Translations under genes and position numbers: made by a program
Part shown: positions 26,702 through 47,250 of the stretch, piece after piece
Position numbering within the stretch: position 1 is the stretch's first letter
How the letters are laid out: each line of letters opens with the position of its first letter
From: Eledone cirrhosa
Taxonomy: Eukaryota
DNA: 64,000 nt
Direction: 5' to 3'
Assembly: GCA_964016885.1 (NCBI GenBank)
Contig: CAXHJY010001756.1
Location: 29,218 to 93,217, forward strand
The notes under the pieces: model-generated
Seen by the model: the letters and a program-made list of their open reading frames with translations, nothing else
What the model was told of the DNA's origin: nothing
Databases searched by the model: none

Positions 26702-29700
26702 TTACAGATATATACTCAGAGTAGGCCCATTCACTCGGGCCATTCTTGCTTCTCTCACCCATCTTTCAACAATATGCTGGGAAGAGAGCACTTCCCTCTC
26801 TACTCTGATTTTCCTTTTCAAATGAAATTTGAAAAAGTCAATCAGGGCATCACCGAAGAGGTAAGTGCTCGTCTTCAGCCATTTCAAACGTGTCCACCAT
26901 ACTATCTCTTTCGCCATGGCCACCAGACAGATAAACACTGCCTGCCTTTCCCGGCTAAAGGAGGAGGGCGGGGCAACCCTCACAATGGACTCAGATGATA
27001 GCTGGATCCGTCCTACTCGCGACAGCAGGTGTCGACATAAACCCACCAGTCAGCAATTTTCGGACACTGAACGAGTGCGTGCAGGACGGTTCGTCGCCCT
27101 GTGTGCATCTCGGACATGCCCGGCTGACGGCACCTCCACGCCTGTAGAGTTTATCCCGAACTGGCAAGGCTCCTCGGTAGCACTGCCAGGCCAGAGATTT
27201 CTGGAAGTTGTCCATAGGCCCTGGCCCGAAAGTTCTTCCGAAGAGATTGGCTAGTTGATTTTCGTCGACGCCTAGAGTTTCTCCAAGTACGTCGTCGCTC
27301 TTCCCCTCCACTAATCCTCTATAGAACGCCGAGGTGGAGTTTCCACCGATCACATTGCCCGATTGGTCGAGGGCTGTGAGCGCCTGAAGACATTCCAGTT
27401 TCCAGGCGCTCCCTCTCGGTCTTCGCTTGATCCATGACTGCAGCTCCGTCAAGGAAACGAGCTGGGGAAATACGTGTCTAGCAAACGGCGACCACACCTG
27501 ATCACCGTCGAGGAAGAGGTGGAGATGTCGTAGCCTGAGCGCGTGTCTGCGCATCATCAGCCACGGCATTCCCAGCCCTCCACGTAGCGGGTGTTGACAG
27601 CAGATGGACCGCCTGACCATCGGAGCGCGTCCCTTCCACAAAAAGCGAAAGAGCAAACGCTCCAGCGCAGTCAGGCGGGGCTTAGGACAACGTACGACGG
27701 TCAGGCGGTAGCAGATGACAGACGCGATGTACGCGTTAGCCACCTCCGCTCGACCTTTCAGGGATAGCTTCCTCTCCACCCATTTCTGGGTGACAGAAGC
27801 CACCCTGCTCGTCACCTCGTCCCAGTTTTTGTCCGTCTGGAGGTCCGGACCGAACCAGACCCCTAGCAATTTAACCGGTCCGTCCGACGACGCTGTTGGA
27901 CGGCATGGACCTGCCTCTCCAGGTGCCGAGCTGCAGGCCCACTGACTTTTCCTGGTTGATCATTGCTCCCGTCACCGCTTCGTATTCTCTTAGTATAGTG
28001 CCGATCGCCTCGATGTGTTTGGCGTTCGACACCACTACGGTGACATCGTCCGCATATGCTGACACGGATCTTCCGCATCCTAGTTCGCGCGGGACGCCCC
28101 TCAACGTCTCCAGTTTGTGCAGTAATGGCTCGAGAGTCAATACGTACAAGAGGGACGAGAGGGGACATCCTTGGCGGACCGAGCGCATGATGTTGAACGG
28201 TTCCGACAGGTGACCGTTCACTCTCACCACAGAGCAGATGTCGCTGTGCATGGCAGCGATCCAGTCTCTGAAGACGGGCCCAAAGCCAGCCGCCCTCAGG
28301 ACTGTTGCTAGGTAACGATGGTCGACCCTATCGAAAGCTTTCGACTGATCTAAATTGATCAAGGACCCACCCGTGCCAGGTTCCCTAGCTACCCTCTCTA
28401 CGATGTATCGCATGAGGTGGAGGTGGTCGTGGATGGACCTGTCGGGAATGGCACAGGTCTGCGCCTCTCCCACCAGACCACCAACGACAAGCGCCAACCT
28501 CTTTGCTAGCACCTTGGCCAAAATCTTGAACTCTGTGTTTAGCAGAGTTATGGGCCGGAAATTATCTATGTTTTCCCCCTTGTTTGGATCCTTTCTCAGC
28601 AGCGCCACAGCTCCTCGGCTTACAGAACTGGGAATTCTCCCGTTCTGTTGCCAGTTGCAGTAGACGTCCGCCAAGAGGCCTCCGAACAAGTCTGGCATCT
28701 GTACGTAAAGTTCATAGGGCAGACCATCAAAACCAGGCGATTTACCCTTTGTGCAGCCAGTCATTGCCTCCCTTACTTCAGCGGCTGTTATCGGCTTTTC
28801 TCAACACTCCGCCTCAGTGCCCGAGAGCCGCGGCTGTCCGTTGAGGTAGACACTAAAGTCCATCCCCCGACCCGGCCCAAATCGCCCCCGAACAGCTGAG
28901 CGAAGAGTCGCTGAAAAGCTTCACAACTTTGCCCGGGATCGAGTAGCATGCGCCCGACGTAGGTCCACTAAAGACCGAATCGTGGCTTTGTTGCCACGAT
29001 GCGCCTCCGCCACTCGGGCCCATTGAACCACTTTTCGTCCCCTCGTTTCTGACAGCACGCACCCTAGCACTGTCAACGTAGCCTTCATGCTTTGCATTGA
29101 AGAATTGGTCAAGGGCCAATTTCGCCACAAGCACGTCGGTCGCGATGCCTTTGCTAAGCGCCTCGTCTAATTTCCTAACTAGTTCTCCCTCTGCTCTATT
29201 TTTCTCTATTGCTAAAGCCTTGCTAATGGATTCTATTCTAATCGCTCTTTTCAGAGCAAACCACCACTTGTTGTTGACGATGGCCCCCGTCAACGCCCGC
29301 TTAACTAGTTCGCTAATCCGGTCTCTGTAGGCCTTGCGCGCTGGTAAGGACGCGTTTAGCTTCCAGTAGCCGGGTCCTCGTCTATGAAGCCTATCTAATT
29401 CAAGCACACAGATCACGAATTTGTGGGCCGTGTAGCTGACTATCTTGAATTGTGGACAGCCTATGCTAGACCTATCTATTTCCCTACAAAATACTTTATC
29501 TAGATATGATCTGGATGACCCTGTGCAATCTGTCCAAGTCCACGTTGGCACATTCGGGAAATCCAATCGGTACCTGTCAGACAGTTCAAAACGCCTGAGC
29601 AGGTTGATGAGGCCCTTGCACCCTCCACCCCTATCCGCTAATCCCACACAGTCCTAGCGTGCATCTAAGATCCCGTTCCAGTCGCCCACTAACACTAAAG

Positions 29701-30103
29701 AGCGGGACGTTCCAAGAAAGGTCTTCAGACGCCGGACGAAATCAGGTCGCCCTGCTCCTGTCGGGGCATAGACGGCCACTAGCCTGAAAGCTTGCCCGTC
29801 TCCGCTGGTCACGTCCAGCACCACCAACTTACCCTCTGGGTCCAGGAAGATGGCCCGTATGGCGAGATACAAACCTCTCCGAAAAAGCACAGCAACTACT
29901 CCCCCCGATCCAGCACGCCTGGGAGATGCGTATACATTGTAGCCGCCGAAGATCGGTGCGAAGGCCCGTGCTTCGGAGATTCTGATCTCTCTGATGGCCA
30001 CTACATCTATATTTAGTGACCTGAGGTCGTTGAGCAGGTGACCCTGCTTCCATGACGACCCCAAGCCACGCGCATTTATGCTGCCTTTTCTGAGTGAGGT
30101 CAT
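26702..30103 (-). pseudogene. LINE ORF2: AP endonuclease, RT, C-terminal zinc motif (frameshifted)
   Basis: SINARGL, VYAP, GDWN, YWKLN, KSPGFDGLP, RPITLLN, DQSKAFDRV, VRQGCPLS, YADD, CPRC. Confidence 0.92.
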
Positions 30104-30138
30104 GTTTAAAATAGAGTGGAAAAGATGGGAAAGACCAC

Positions 30139-32034
30139 TTACCGTACATTTCGTAGAGGAAGGATCGTTTCTCCATCCCTTTTCACTTGATCGTCTGGTG
30201 AAGGGACCGTTGAATCGTCCCTTCGGCTGGTCGTCGGCGCTTCTATGAGTATGTCCGAATTTACTCTCCGGTTGAGAGTCCCTGCTAGGTCTCTGAAATC
30301 ACCAACTGCGTTGGAGAATTTCGTTTTAATGTTTGTGTATTGTTTCTGTGCTATTTTTAGCAGTCTTATGTCCGTTGGTGTTTTGATTGGTGCTGGTATT
30401 ATGTAGTCGTGCTGTGAAATGTCTGTGTTCAATTATGTAAGTCATTAGTTTCTTGTGTGTATTTATTGCCGTGCATTTGTTTTTCTGGGGGTAGGGTGTG
30501 GTTCTGCTATTTTCTTGTCGTTGTTGTGGGTGTGTGTGTTTTGTTGTTGTGTTTGCGATGTTGGTGCTTGTGGTGGTGGTGTTGAAGGTGTCGTTGTTGT
30601 TGGCGGTGGGGTTGTCGCCGGTTGTGATGGTGGTGCTAGTGTGGGTGGTGCTAGTGTGGGTGGTGATGGTGTTGGTGGTGTTGCTGCTGTGAGTCTCTTT
30701 GCAGTAGCCTTTACCCTTTTTTCATTTCTTTCCTCCCTTTTCGAAGGGGACGATGCGCTGCTTCTGCGTTTGTTGCTTCTTACGACCTTTTGCCATCCCT
30801 CTCCCACCTCACACTCCATGTCTGATTCTGTGAGATCGGGGAGGGGTACCAGCTCCATTCTTTCACTTGTTGTTGTTGGTGATGTTTGCAGTGGAGTCTC
30901 TGTTGCAGCTGCATTTGTTATTACTGTTGTTGTTGTTAATACTTCCACTGCTGCTGCTGTTCTTGATTTCCGTGGCATGGGTATGGGTGCCACGGACCTA
31001 TCATTCCTGGTTGCCTCTTGTCCTGTTGCTCGTAGCCGTGGAGCCGGTTTCGGAAGGAGGGGGGTTTTCTAATTCCTCAGCGTCTTCTCGTTGCAGAAGG
31101 CCCTGAGGTGAGTCTTCGATCCACAGCGAAAGCATTTCGGGCGTTTGCCCTCAACACTTATGGGCAGTTGAGTGCCGTTATCGAAGTCTATCACATCCGG
31201 GATAGCTTCGATGCACTCCTGGTTGGTTTGGATTAACATCTCAATGGAGGTGCCGACCCAATCTTCTCTTACTTTTTCTGTACTTGCAGTACAGTTGTTT
31301 TGTCTTCGATTCCGACGAGGACAGACGCGGTCAGCCAAGAAGGAGCCATCCCGGGGGGCGGGGACGTGGGTCAGTTTGAGCCTCACAATTTTTTGCCCGC
31401 AGTAGGAGGGCACCAACACCATTTCCTCGCACCTTAGGGTCACTAAGGATTGAGCCATTGCCTACTGGGGTGTGGCAAAAAGCACGTCTACGGTGGCATA
31501 TTTCTTGCCTCGTGTGAAATGCGTTTTCTTCTGCCACACAGACCCTAAGGCTTTTTGTATTTGAGCCTCTGTGGCTCTTTCAACCCTACGGGATTTTGTG
31601 CTTACTGTACGGTACGTGACCGTACAGTGCTTTTGGGTTTCGAAAAAATTTTCGGCTGCCTTGGAGATTGCTCGGTGTCCGATTTTCGTCACCATCTTCT
31701 TTGCTTCCTCTAATTCCTCATTTGTTATGAGGATGGTTTCCAGGTTCTTTGCGATACTTGCAGACGAGATTGGTTTTTCTTTGCTGCTGTTGTTGTTGTC
31801 GTTGTCGTCAGAGCTGTTGTTACTTTTGTTGTTGCTGCAGGTTCTACGACTACTGCCGCCGCCGCTGTTGCTGTAGTTGTTGTTGTTGTTGCTGCTGCTG
31901 CTGTTGTTGTTGCTGTTGCTGCTAATGCTGTTGTTGTTTATGCTGCTGCTGATGCTGTTTCGGCTGCTACTATTGTTTTCCTTGTCACTGTTGCTGCTGC
32001 TTCAGTTATTACGGATGCAACAGCTATTATTCAT
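30139..32034 (-). pseudogene. LINE ORF1 (frameshifted), low-complexity N-terminus, CX2CX4HX4C
   Basis: CFRCGSKTHLRAFC; GWQKVVR; start codon tentative. Confidence 0.7.
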
Positions 32035-32300
32035 GACGTCAGACGAATGAAATGGGTTTTCGTATTTACCGCACACCTTTTTCGTCGTTGGGCACAACAC
32101 CCCAATAAGCGGTTATTTAACCCCGAAGGGCCAAATAACGGGCAGAAAGACCCCTCTCACGAGGAGGAGGGTGTTTTTGTCTACAATTTGGTTAAAGTTT
32201 TAAACAATTTACAATTGTCATCGCGGTCAAAATTTACAATACCTTACAGAGCCGAGCATCCGTCAACCATGGCATTCAATAATAATAATAATAATAATAA

Positions 32301-32478
32301 TTGTTTTTACTTTTGGCACAAAGCCAGCAATCACCCTATGCATTACTGGTACTTTATTTTATCGACCCCATAAGGATGAAAGTCAAAGTTAACCTCGGCG
32401 AGATTTGATCTCAGAATGGCAAGGGCATTAATTCTATGCGTCAAAGTATGATGTCCGACCCTCTACCGATACTACCAT
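32301..32478 (-). mobile_element. tRNA-derived SINE whose (ATT)n tail abuts the LINE 5' end
   Basis: Same family as 26228-26408. Confidence 0.8.
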
Positions 32479-33068
32479 AATAATGGTACAATCACACCTG
32501 TATGAATAGGAAAAGAAATCTAGGATGTATGATAATGGTAATAATTATATATATAAGCATTAGCAATGTTTATTTTCATTCATGTTACTTTATTCATATA
32601 AGTTTTATTCATGAGACTTTGTTCACGTAAATATCTATCTAAGGATGTCGTAACTGTTACATAACAGTTACCATCGAAATGTGTATTACAATGATCTGTT
32701 ACAAAAAAATATGGCAAATTCTAATCTACTGACTTCTACATGAAAGTTATAGCAATATACCCGAGTAAACAATCGTACACATACACTTCGGCGAGACTCT
32801 ATCTTGTGTACACTAGTATCGGTTGATAAACTAACACAACATATACCAAGTACGCACACACGCACTCATACACACACACCCACACACATATATGCACACC
32901 CACATATACACACACACACATATATGCACACGCACACACACAAACACATATACACACACACACACAAAAACACATATACACACACAAACACATATACACA
33001 CATACACACACAAACACATATACACACACACACACACACATACACATATATATATATATGGCGAGAGA

Positions 33069-33100
<32 letters not shown>

Positions 33101-33429
33101 TACAAGTATGTTCAGTCATAATATGTTGATAACGTTTTGATATGGAACAACGCGTGAGACAGAACTATTTCTAACGTTTTCAATAGCGATTTTGAACACA
33201 GTGACCTTAAGAGAACTGTTTGAATTGAAAACTGAGTTAACTAACACCTTTTTATTGATTTGGTTAGGAGTAAATTAAAGTAATTTCAATTTTGTTTTTA
33301 GTTTGATATTCATTTGTAAATTCCAAATATAGTAACATTTAAGAGGGTGTTTAACAGTGAAGGTGTCCTCAATTCTAAAATACCAGTACGAGTACACGTA
33401 TTTATATACAAGTATACATATATAGAAGT

Positions 33430-33467
<38 letters not shown>

Positions 33468-33468
33468 T

Positions 33469-33564
<96 letters not shown>

Positions 33565-33686
33565 CCTTTGTATATATATATACCTATGTAAATATATATA
33601 TGCCTATGTATATATAAATATATATTTATATGTATGTATATATATATATACATATGTATATACATATATATACATATGTATATGTA

Positions 33687-33717
<31 letters not shown>

Positions 33718-33724
33718 ATATATA

Positions 33725-33838
33725 TTTATTAAAATAACAGATTAAAGTTTAAGCAAAGAATTCCTGCTTTCACCCTTAACGGGATTTTCTGAAAGTAAAA
33801 AAAATCAATCTGGATTTTAGTCTTCAAATAAATTATTA
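33725..33838. mobile_element. Family E mini-insertion with 5' inversion
   Basis: Inverted HHR-like segment 33725-33810 followed by the direct terminal tail 33812-33838. Confidence 0.75.
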
Positions 33839-33953
33839 TTATATATATATATATGTATATATATATATAAATATGTATATGTATATATATATAAACATAT
33901 GTATATGTTTATATATAAACATATGTATATGTATGTATATAAATATATGTATA

Positions 33954-34000
<47 letters not shown>

Positions 34001-34004
<4 letters not shown>

Positions 34005-34424
34005 TTGCAAGGTTTGTATATGAAATCGTGTGTCAAAAAAAATATTGTTATAGTTGGGGAGGGTCATATTGTTGTAATAATATTGCCAATATTGATAACA
34101 GAACACACTCACTGTTTGGTTGGTTTTCGCTTCTGTATCTTTTATATCAATTAATTTATTCCGTCCTCAATGTTTACCATTGACTGACCAACGGTCAACA
34201 ATACAGATATAATATAGACATAAACACATATATATAGTCTAACAAAGTTCTTTCGTTGCACATCTGCAACATCGTCAGTGGTGCTATTATGTTTCCTCCT
34301 GTTGTAGTCAGGACCGAATAAATATAAAAGATAAATATAAAAGATACAGAAACGAAAACCAACCAAACAGTTCTGTTAATAATTCTGGCAATATTATTAC
34401 AACAATATGACCCTCCCCAAGTAA

Positions 34425-34430
<6 letters not shown>
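34001..34430. mobile_element. Family F pLTR head-to-head with a deleted inverted copy; HHR-like motif 34241-34282(-)
   Basis: ~34045-34140 recurs inverted at ~34340-34430; CTGACGA-T-GTTGCA..TGCAAC-GAAA on the minus strand. Confidence 0.8.
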
Positions 34431-34479
<49 letters not shown>

Positions 34480-34489
34480 TATTGTTTAC

Positions 34490-35154
34490 GGAGGCATATC
34501 AGGGTGTAGGAGGCTTATCCGGGATTTCTTGAAGGAATTTATCCAAAGACTTCTTGAACTTGATGGGGTCTCTCTCTGCTTTGATGTGTTTTGGTGTAAT
34601 GTTAAAGAGTGCAGGGCCAATAGAGGTGTAATAATTGTGCCGTATTGTTGTTATGTGATGCGAGTGGGATTTTTGTCGTGAGCGGATAGCACGAGGCCCA
34701 AAGCTTGGGTGTACACTAAAGGTGATGCGAACATCATTTGGGCTAAGCTGATGGAATATTTTCCACATCATACAGATAATGAAGCGCTCACAGCGACGTT
34801 GAAGAGAATAAAGTTTGAGCTTTTCTAATCGACCCCAATAGTCAAGGCTTGTCATGCCAATTATCCTTTTTGTTATTGACCTTTGGGGTGCTTCAACTTT
34901 CATAATACTTTGTTTCATGTGGGGTATTCAAGGTGGGGTCGGGTAAATTTGGAGAAGAGAAGGATAACAGTGTGGATATCGCTCGACTGGAAAGTTCTGA
35001 GAATCCAGGAACACATTGTGCGGGCCATATCAACTTTGCTGTTTATATGAGTGGCCCAGCATATGTTGTTATACACAATTACTCCCAGGTCTCTGATGTT
35101 ATTGGAAGCCACTAGAGTTTCACCCGAAGGAAGAGAGTATGGTAGTTTCTGGGC
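34490..35154 (-). mobile_element. CR1-group LINE 3' fragment
   Basis: [44 protein letters not shown]. Confidence 0.85.
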
Positions 35155-35187
<33 letters not shown>

Positions 35188-35205
35188 TATATGTGTATAT
35201 ATATG

Positions 35206-35269
<64 letters not shown>

Positions 35270-35332
35270 TATATATATGTATATATATATACATATATAT
35301 ATATGCATATATATATATACATATATATATAC

Positions 35333-35365
<33 letters not shown>

Positions 35366-35375
35366 CATATATATA

Positions 35376-35417
<42 letters not shown>

Positions 35418-35418
35418 C

Positions 35419-35449
<31 letters not shown>

Positions 35450-35450
35450 C

Positions 35451-35499
<49 letters not shown>

Positions 35500-35503
35500 T
35501 ACA

Positions 35504-35536
<33 letters not shown>

Positions 35537-35539
35537 TAT

Positions 35540-35602
<63 letters not shown>

Positions 35603-35612
35603 CATATATACA

Positions 35613-35710
<98 letters not shown>

Positions 35711-35713
35711 CAT

Positions 35714-36935
35714 ATGTCACAAACTACACGGACTCGGCATAACTGGAAAAGTAGGTGAGTGGCTGCATGGCATCCTAAGGGACAGAAGCCAGGCAGTCGC
35801 AGCAAATGGGGCCCTCTCGAAGGAAACACCGATAACAAGTGGGGTGCCTCAGGGGACAGTCCTGGGACCACTACTGTTTTTGGTGGCTCTCTCGGACATG
35901 CCCTCTGTGGTGCATGCAACAACATCCCTCATTAGCTATGCTGATGACACTAAGGTAGCACAGGCAATCAAAAACCCGGCTGACGCTGCCCTCTTACAGC
36001 AGGATCTGGATGCCATATACAGATGGGCGGAAGAAAACAACATGCAGTTTAATGCTGGCAAATTCCAAGCCCTACAATACAAACCTGCAAACACAAACAC
36101 AAATATAGCGGAACACAGCTACACAGGACCAGGAGGGACCGATATCCCCGTGTCAAAATCGATACGAGACCTGGGCATAGACATGAGCGATGATGCATCT
36201 TTTTCTTCACACATCATGAAGATGGCGACAGCATGTAGACGATTCGCTGGCTGGATCTTTAGGACTTTCCTTACAAGAGATCGAGACACCATGTTGACAC
36301 TGTGGAGGACTTTTGTCCTAAGTCGCCTGGACTACTGCTCCCAGCTGTGGTCACCCCATAGTGTCAAACTAACCACAGAGCTTGAGGCAATCCAGCGAAG
36401 CTACACCAAGAGGATTGACAAGATGAGGGAGACAAGCTACTGGGAGAGGCTGAAGGAACTGAACCTCTACTCCTTGGAGCGAAGATGGGAGAGATACGTA
36501 GTGATCTACATGTGGAAAATCCTGGAGGGACTAGCACCAAACTTTGGCATTGGGAGCTGGACCAACCGTCGAACAGGACGTCACTGTGTGGTGCCAAAGG
36601 TCCCGTCTTCCACATCTAGAATAAGGAGCAGGTATTGCAATAGCCTAGGATTCAAGGGCCCTCAACTCTTCAACAGGCTGCCGAGGCATCTGCGAGACTT
36701 GCATGACGTGGAGGTGGATGTCTTTAAGAAACAACTCGACACCTTGTTATCCAGGATCCCGGATGAGCCCACAGCAAGACACGAGGGAAACCTAAGGGCA
36801 GCAGCAACAAACTCCCTCCTACACCAGTGGCCAACCTATACAGGCTGGAGAGAAAATGTGTAGCAACAAGGGCGGTGCCCCAGCATAGACTCAGCCGGAT
36901 GGCTGAAACAGGTAAAAGAGTAAAAGTGTAAAGGA

Positions 36936-36936
<1 letters not shown>
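35714..36936 (+). mobile_element. CR1-group LINE 3' part (RT), open frame to 36863
   Basis: [37 protein letters not shown]; GTAAAAGA-like tandem tail. Confidence 0.9.
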
Positions 36937-37012
<76 letters not shown>

Positions 37013-37043
37013 GATATATAGATATAGATATAAATATATAAAC

Positions 37044-37076
<33 letters not shown>

Positions 37077-37152
37077 GAATAAAAAATGAAAGTGCTTTTT
37101 TTAAAAAGGAATTTATTAGGTATTGACATATGTTTCTGTAACAGACTGAAAT

Positions 37153-37466
<314 letters not shown>

Positions 37467-37517
37467 TGGATATATATAGCGATTCTTTGCTTAAACTTTA
37501 ATCTGTCATTTTAATAA

Positions 37518-37625
<108 letters not shown>

Positions 37626-37639
37626 TTATATATGTATAA

Positions 37640-37671
<32 letters not shown>

Positions 37672-37682
37672 GTATATATATA

Positions 37683-37808
<126 letters not shown>

Positions 37809-37819
37809 TGCATATATAA

Positions 37820-37942
<123 letters not shown>

Positions 37943-37972
37943 AACATATATATATATATATATATATATATA

Positions 37973-38090
<118 letters not shown>

Positions 38091-38113
38091 TACACATATA
38101 TATGTATATATAC

Positions 38114-43788
<5,675 letters not shown>

Positions 43789-43922
43789 CATGGAAAGTTA
43801 TATTTAAATTGTTGGGTTAACAACGAGTAAATATTTATAACTGATATAAAAGCACTCAACAAGTATTTGGAGTATATTTATGATATTAAATAAATAGAAA
43901 CTATATTTATAAAAACCATATT

Positions 43923-43988
43923 TATTTCGTTATATATATTTCAGGGATATCATATTAACAATATGATATGCCTTCTTCAGACAAAATA
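43923..43988 (-). ncRNA. Type-I hammerhead (D, inverted arm)
   Basis: Near reverse complement of 46585-46651. Confidence 0.78.
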
Positions 43989-44257
43989 CAATATAAACAG
44001 TCTTATAAATAAATATATACGACATACCTTTCAATCACCTTGCATTTGGGAGGTTGATTTGGCAGTACAAAATATTGTGGACAGTTGTAAAAAGAAAGAG
44101 ATAAAGAGAGAAAGAAAGAGAAACGAAGAAAAAGAAGAAATGCATGTGACTAAATAGAGAGATATAGAAAGATAGATAAAGAGAAGAAATTCATGTAAAG
44201 AAACAGAGAGAAATATATATAGAGAGAGGAAAAAAGAAAGAGATAGATAGAGATAGA

Positions 44258-45295
44258 ATAGTCAACTTCCTAGATATAACATTAAATCTCAACACATGTC
44301 TTCACTATCCATTTCACAAGTTGAATGAAAACTTAAACTATGTCAGCTTTAAGTCTAACCACCCCAAATCTGTTAAAAATACTATAGTAAACTCTGTTCA
44401 ATCACGTATGTCTAGAATATCATCTAATAAAAAGATTTTCGACGAAAAAGCCCATTATTACAATGAAACGTTAGCTAGAGCTGGATATAGTGATAAAATT
44501 ATGTACATAGATAGTGATAAACAAATAAAACAAAATAACAACTATTTTAATTATGGCCACAACCTTAACAGCTATAATAGAAAGCATTACAATAATTCCA
44601 AAAGCCATAAAAGAAATAGAACTAGGAATATAATATGGTTTGCCCCCCCTTTCTCACTAAACATTAAAACCCACATTGCTAAACTATTTTTTAAAGCTCT
44701 CGATAATCGCTTCCCTAGAACACATAGGTATCACTCAATTTTCAATAGACATACTATAAAACTAACCTACTCATCCACCAAAGATTTAGCGCAAAATATT
44801 AATACAATAAATAACAGGAACTTAAAACCTAGCGATAATAGCATAAATAATATCCAAGTTAACAAATGTAACTGTAGAGATAGATCTAAATGTCCGTTAA
44901 ATAACAACTGCTTAGTTAAAAATATAATATACAACTGTAATGTTAAAACGGACGTTAATTCTTTTAACTACGTTGGTTCTACATCGACGGAATTTAAACT
45001 TCGCTATAACAACCACAAGAATTCTTTCACAGATCCATCCAAAAAATCTTCAACAGCACTATCAGGCGTACTCTGGCAACTTAGGCATGATAACGTTAGA
45101 TATTCGACGACTTGGAATATAGTTTCAAGGGGGATTCCTTTTAATTCATCCTCTGAGACATGTGACCTCTGTGCGGAGGAGATATTCTTTATACTAAAAT
45201 CTAAAAATTCCCTTAATCTACGGACAAATTTATTCAGTTGCTGCAGACATATATTGAACTCAACGTTTAAATATAAATTTAAATTTAAAATGTAG
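44258..45295 (+). pseudogene. PLE RT end, thumb and GIY-YIG, 5'-truncated
   Basis: VNFLDITLNL, SNHP, IIWFAPPF, CNCR..CPL, YVGST, CDLC. Confidence 0.9.
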
Positions 45296-46584
45296 TTATG
45301 TTTGATTTGATTTGTAACTATTTATGAAACTAGCCGATAAATCTTTCGATTTCTTCTTTTTATTAAAACATTCTTTTTATTAAAACATTCTTCATGAATA
45401 ATTAAACTACCCTAAAAGCTGATGCTCCAAATATATCGAATTAAATTTTAAACTAGATAAACTTCTATATTAAATATAAGAACATATGTAGACCAAATGG
45501 GTATCCTAAACCTTTGGAATGATTTCTGCTAGACAAGATTTGGTAAACAATTTTTGTTTTATCAGTTTCGACTCTGATGATTATGATGATCTTGGCAATA
45601 TATTGTCAATTAACTTTGAAAGGCTGATCTCTGTGTTTTATTTGTATTATTTTTTAATATTTTTTAATATTTTGTAATATTTTTTATTTTTAATATTAAA
45701 TGTTTTAGTTTTCTGTTTACTTATTTATTTTATTGTCTCAGATATTTTTATTGTCTCTGATATTTTTATTTTTATTTTTATTAATATATTGAAATCTGTT
45801 CTCTATTTCTGCTTGATCGACAATCATGTAGAATAAAGACAAGAATAGTATTGTTAAAATTAATATAGACTCTATATATATGTGTATATATACACACATA
45901 TATGTATACTTGAATTTTTATAGCACAATGAGAATGTTTTCGTGTGAATTGGGAGTTTGTTTATAATTATGATATAAACATATGAATTTTTAAAAACTAG
46001 ACATAAGATCATTACTTTTCACACATTATAGATACATGTCTCATTCATGAATACTGGTATTTACATTATAATGCCTGTTTTATACGAACTAATATTTTCT
46101 ACGGGATAAAACATAGCGGTTTTAAATTCTGCATCGTTTATGTCTGGTTATGTTTCATTTTCTCTTTTTCATTTTCTCTTTTTTCTCTCTATATAACGGC
46201 TATTTTCTCTCTTAACTACATACATCTCTCTTTACATTAATACTAGAGCTAAATAAATATATAAATAAATAAATACATGTAGTATCAACCGATACTCAAC
46301 TTCCTAGTTTCTCTATCTATCTCTATCTATCTCTTTCTTTTTTCCTCTCTCTATATATATTTCTCTCTGTTTCTTTACATGAAGTTCTTCTCTTTATCTA
46401 TCTTTCTATATCTCTCTATTTAGTCACATGCATTTCTTCTTTTTCTTCGTTTCTCTTTCTTTCTCTCTTTATCTCTTTCTTTTTACAACTGTCCACAATA
46501 TTTTTTACTGCCAAATCAACCTCCCAAATGCAAGGTGATTGAAAGGTATGTCGTATATATTTATTTATAAGACTGTTTATATTG

Positions 46585-46651
46585 TATTTTGTCTGAAGAG
46601 GGGCATAACATATTGTTAATATGATATCCCTGAAATATATATAACGAAATA
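46585..46651 (+). ncRNA. Type-I hammerhead (D, sense)
   Basis: TATTTTGT-CTGAAGA-GGGGCATAACATATT/GTT/AATATGATATCCCT-GAAA-TATATA-TA^ACGAAATA. Confidence 0.85.
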
Positions 46652-46691
46652 AATATGGTTTTATAAATATAGTTTCCATTTATTTAATATC

Positions 46692-46728
<37 letters not shown>

Positions 46729-46729
46729 A

Positions 46730-46779
<50 letters not shown>

Positions 46780-46832
46780 TGTGTGTGTGGGTGTGTATAT
46801 ATATGTATATATATAAATGTATATAAATATAC

Positions 46833-46883
<51 letters not shown>

Positions 46884-46884
46884 A

Positions 46885-46932
<48 letters not shown>

Positions 46933-46942
46933 GTATATAGAT

Positions 46943-47031
<89 letters not shown>

Positions 47032-47040
47032 TATATATAT

Positions 47041-47250
47041 TAGAAAGTGAGGTTTTTTTTACAAAATGAAAATTAACCGAGGTGTCCTACACGAGGGAAA
47101 GTATAAAGAAAAATGATGATGAGAAAAACCACAGACCCTCCATCTCAACTCTACTTTTGAAAAGCAGAAGAACTGCGAAACCGGTAAAGGAACCAAATAA
47201 ATATACATATTTTTTTTAAAATAAGACTCCAGTTGCATTTTCGATTTCAT
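47041..47250. mobile_element. Family I pLTR with internal inversion; U3-A8 hammerhead at 47154-47189(+)
   Basis: 47041-47112 matches 24671-24742; ~47127-47250 is the reverse complement of ~24746-24870. Confidence 0.8.

Larger units (their letters stand above)
26452..32277 (-). mobile_element. Apparently full-length decayed Tx1/L1-type LINE (~5.8 kb) flanked by (AAT)n
   Basis: ORF1 with CCHC knuckle, ORF2 APE-RT-Zn; AATAAA then (ATC)/(ATT) tail. Confidence 0.9.
43789..46692 (+). mobile_element. PLE D (same family as C) with inverted arms
   Basis: ~43880-44257 is the reverse complement of ~46312-46692; left arm ~90 bp longer. Confidence 0.92.

Noticed and set aside
44262-44273. 12-mer TCAACTTCCTAG also at 46296, near the D junction
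   Set aside because: Direct orientation cannot explain an inverted join; probably chance
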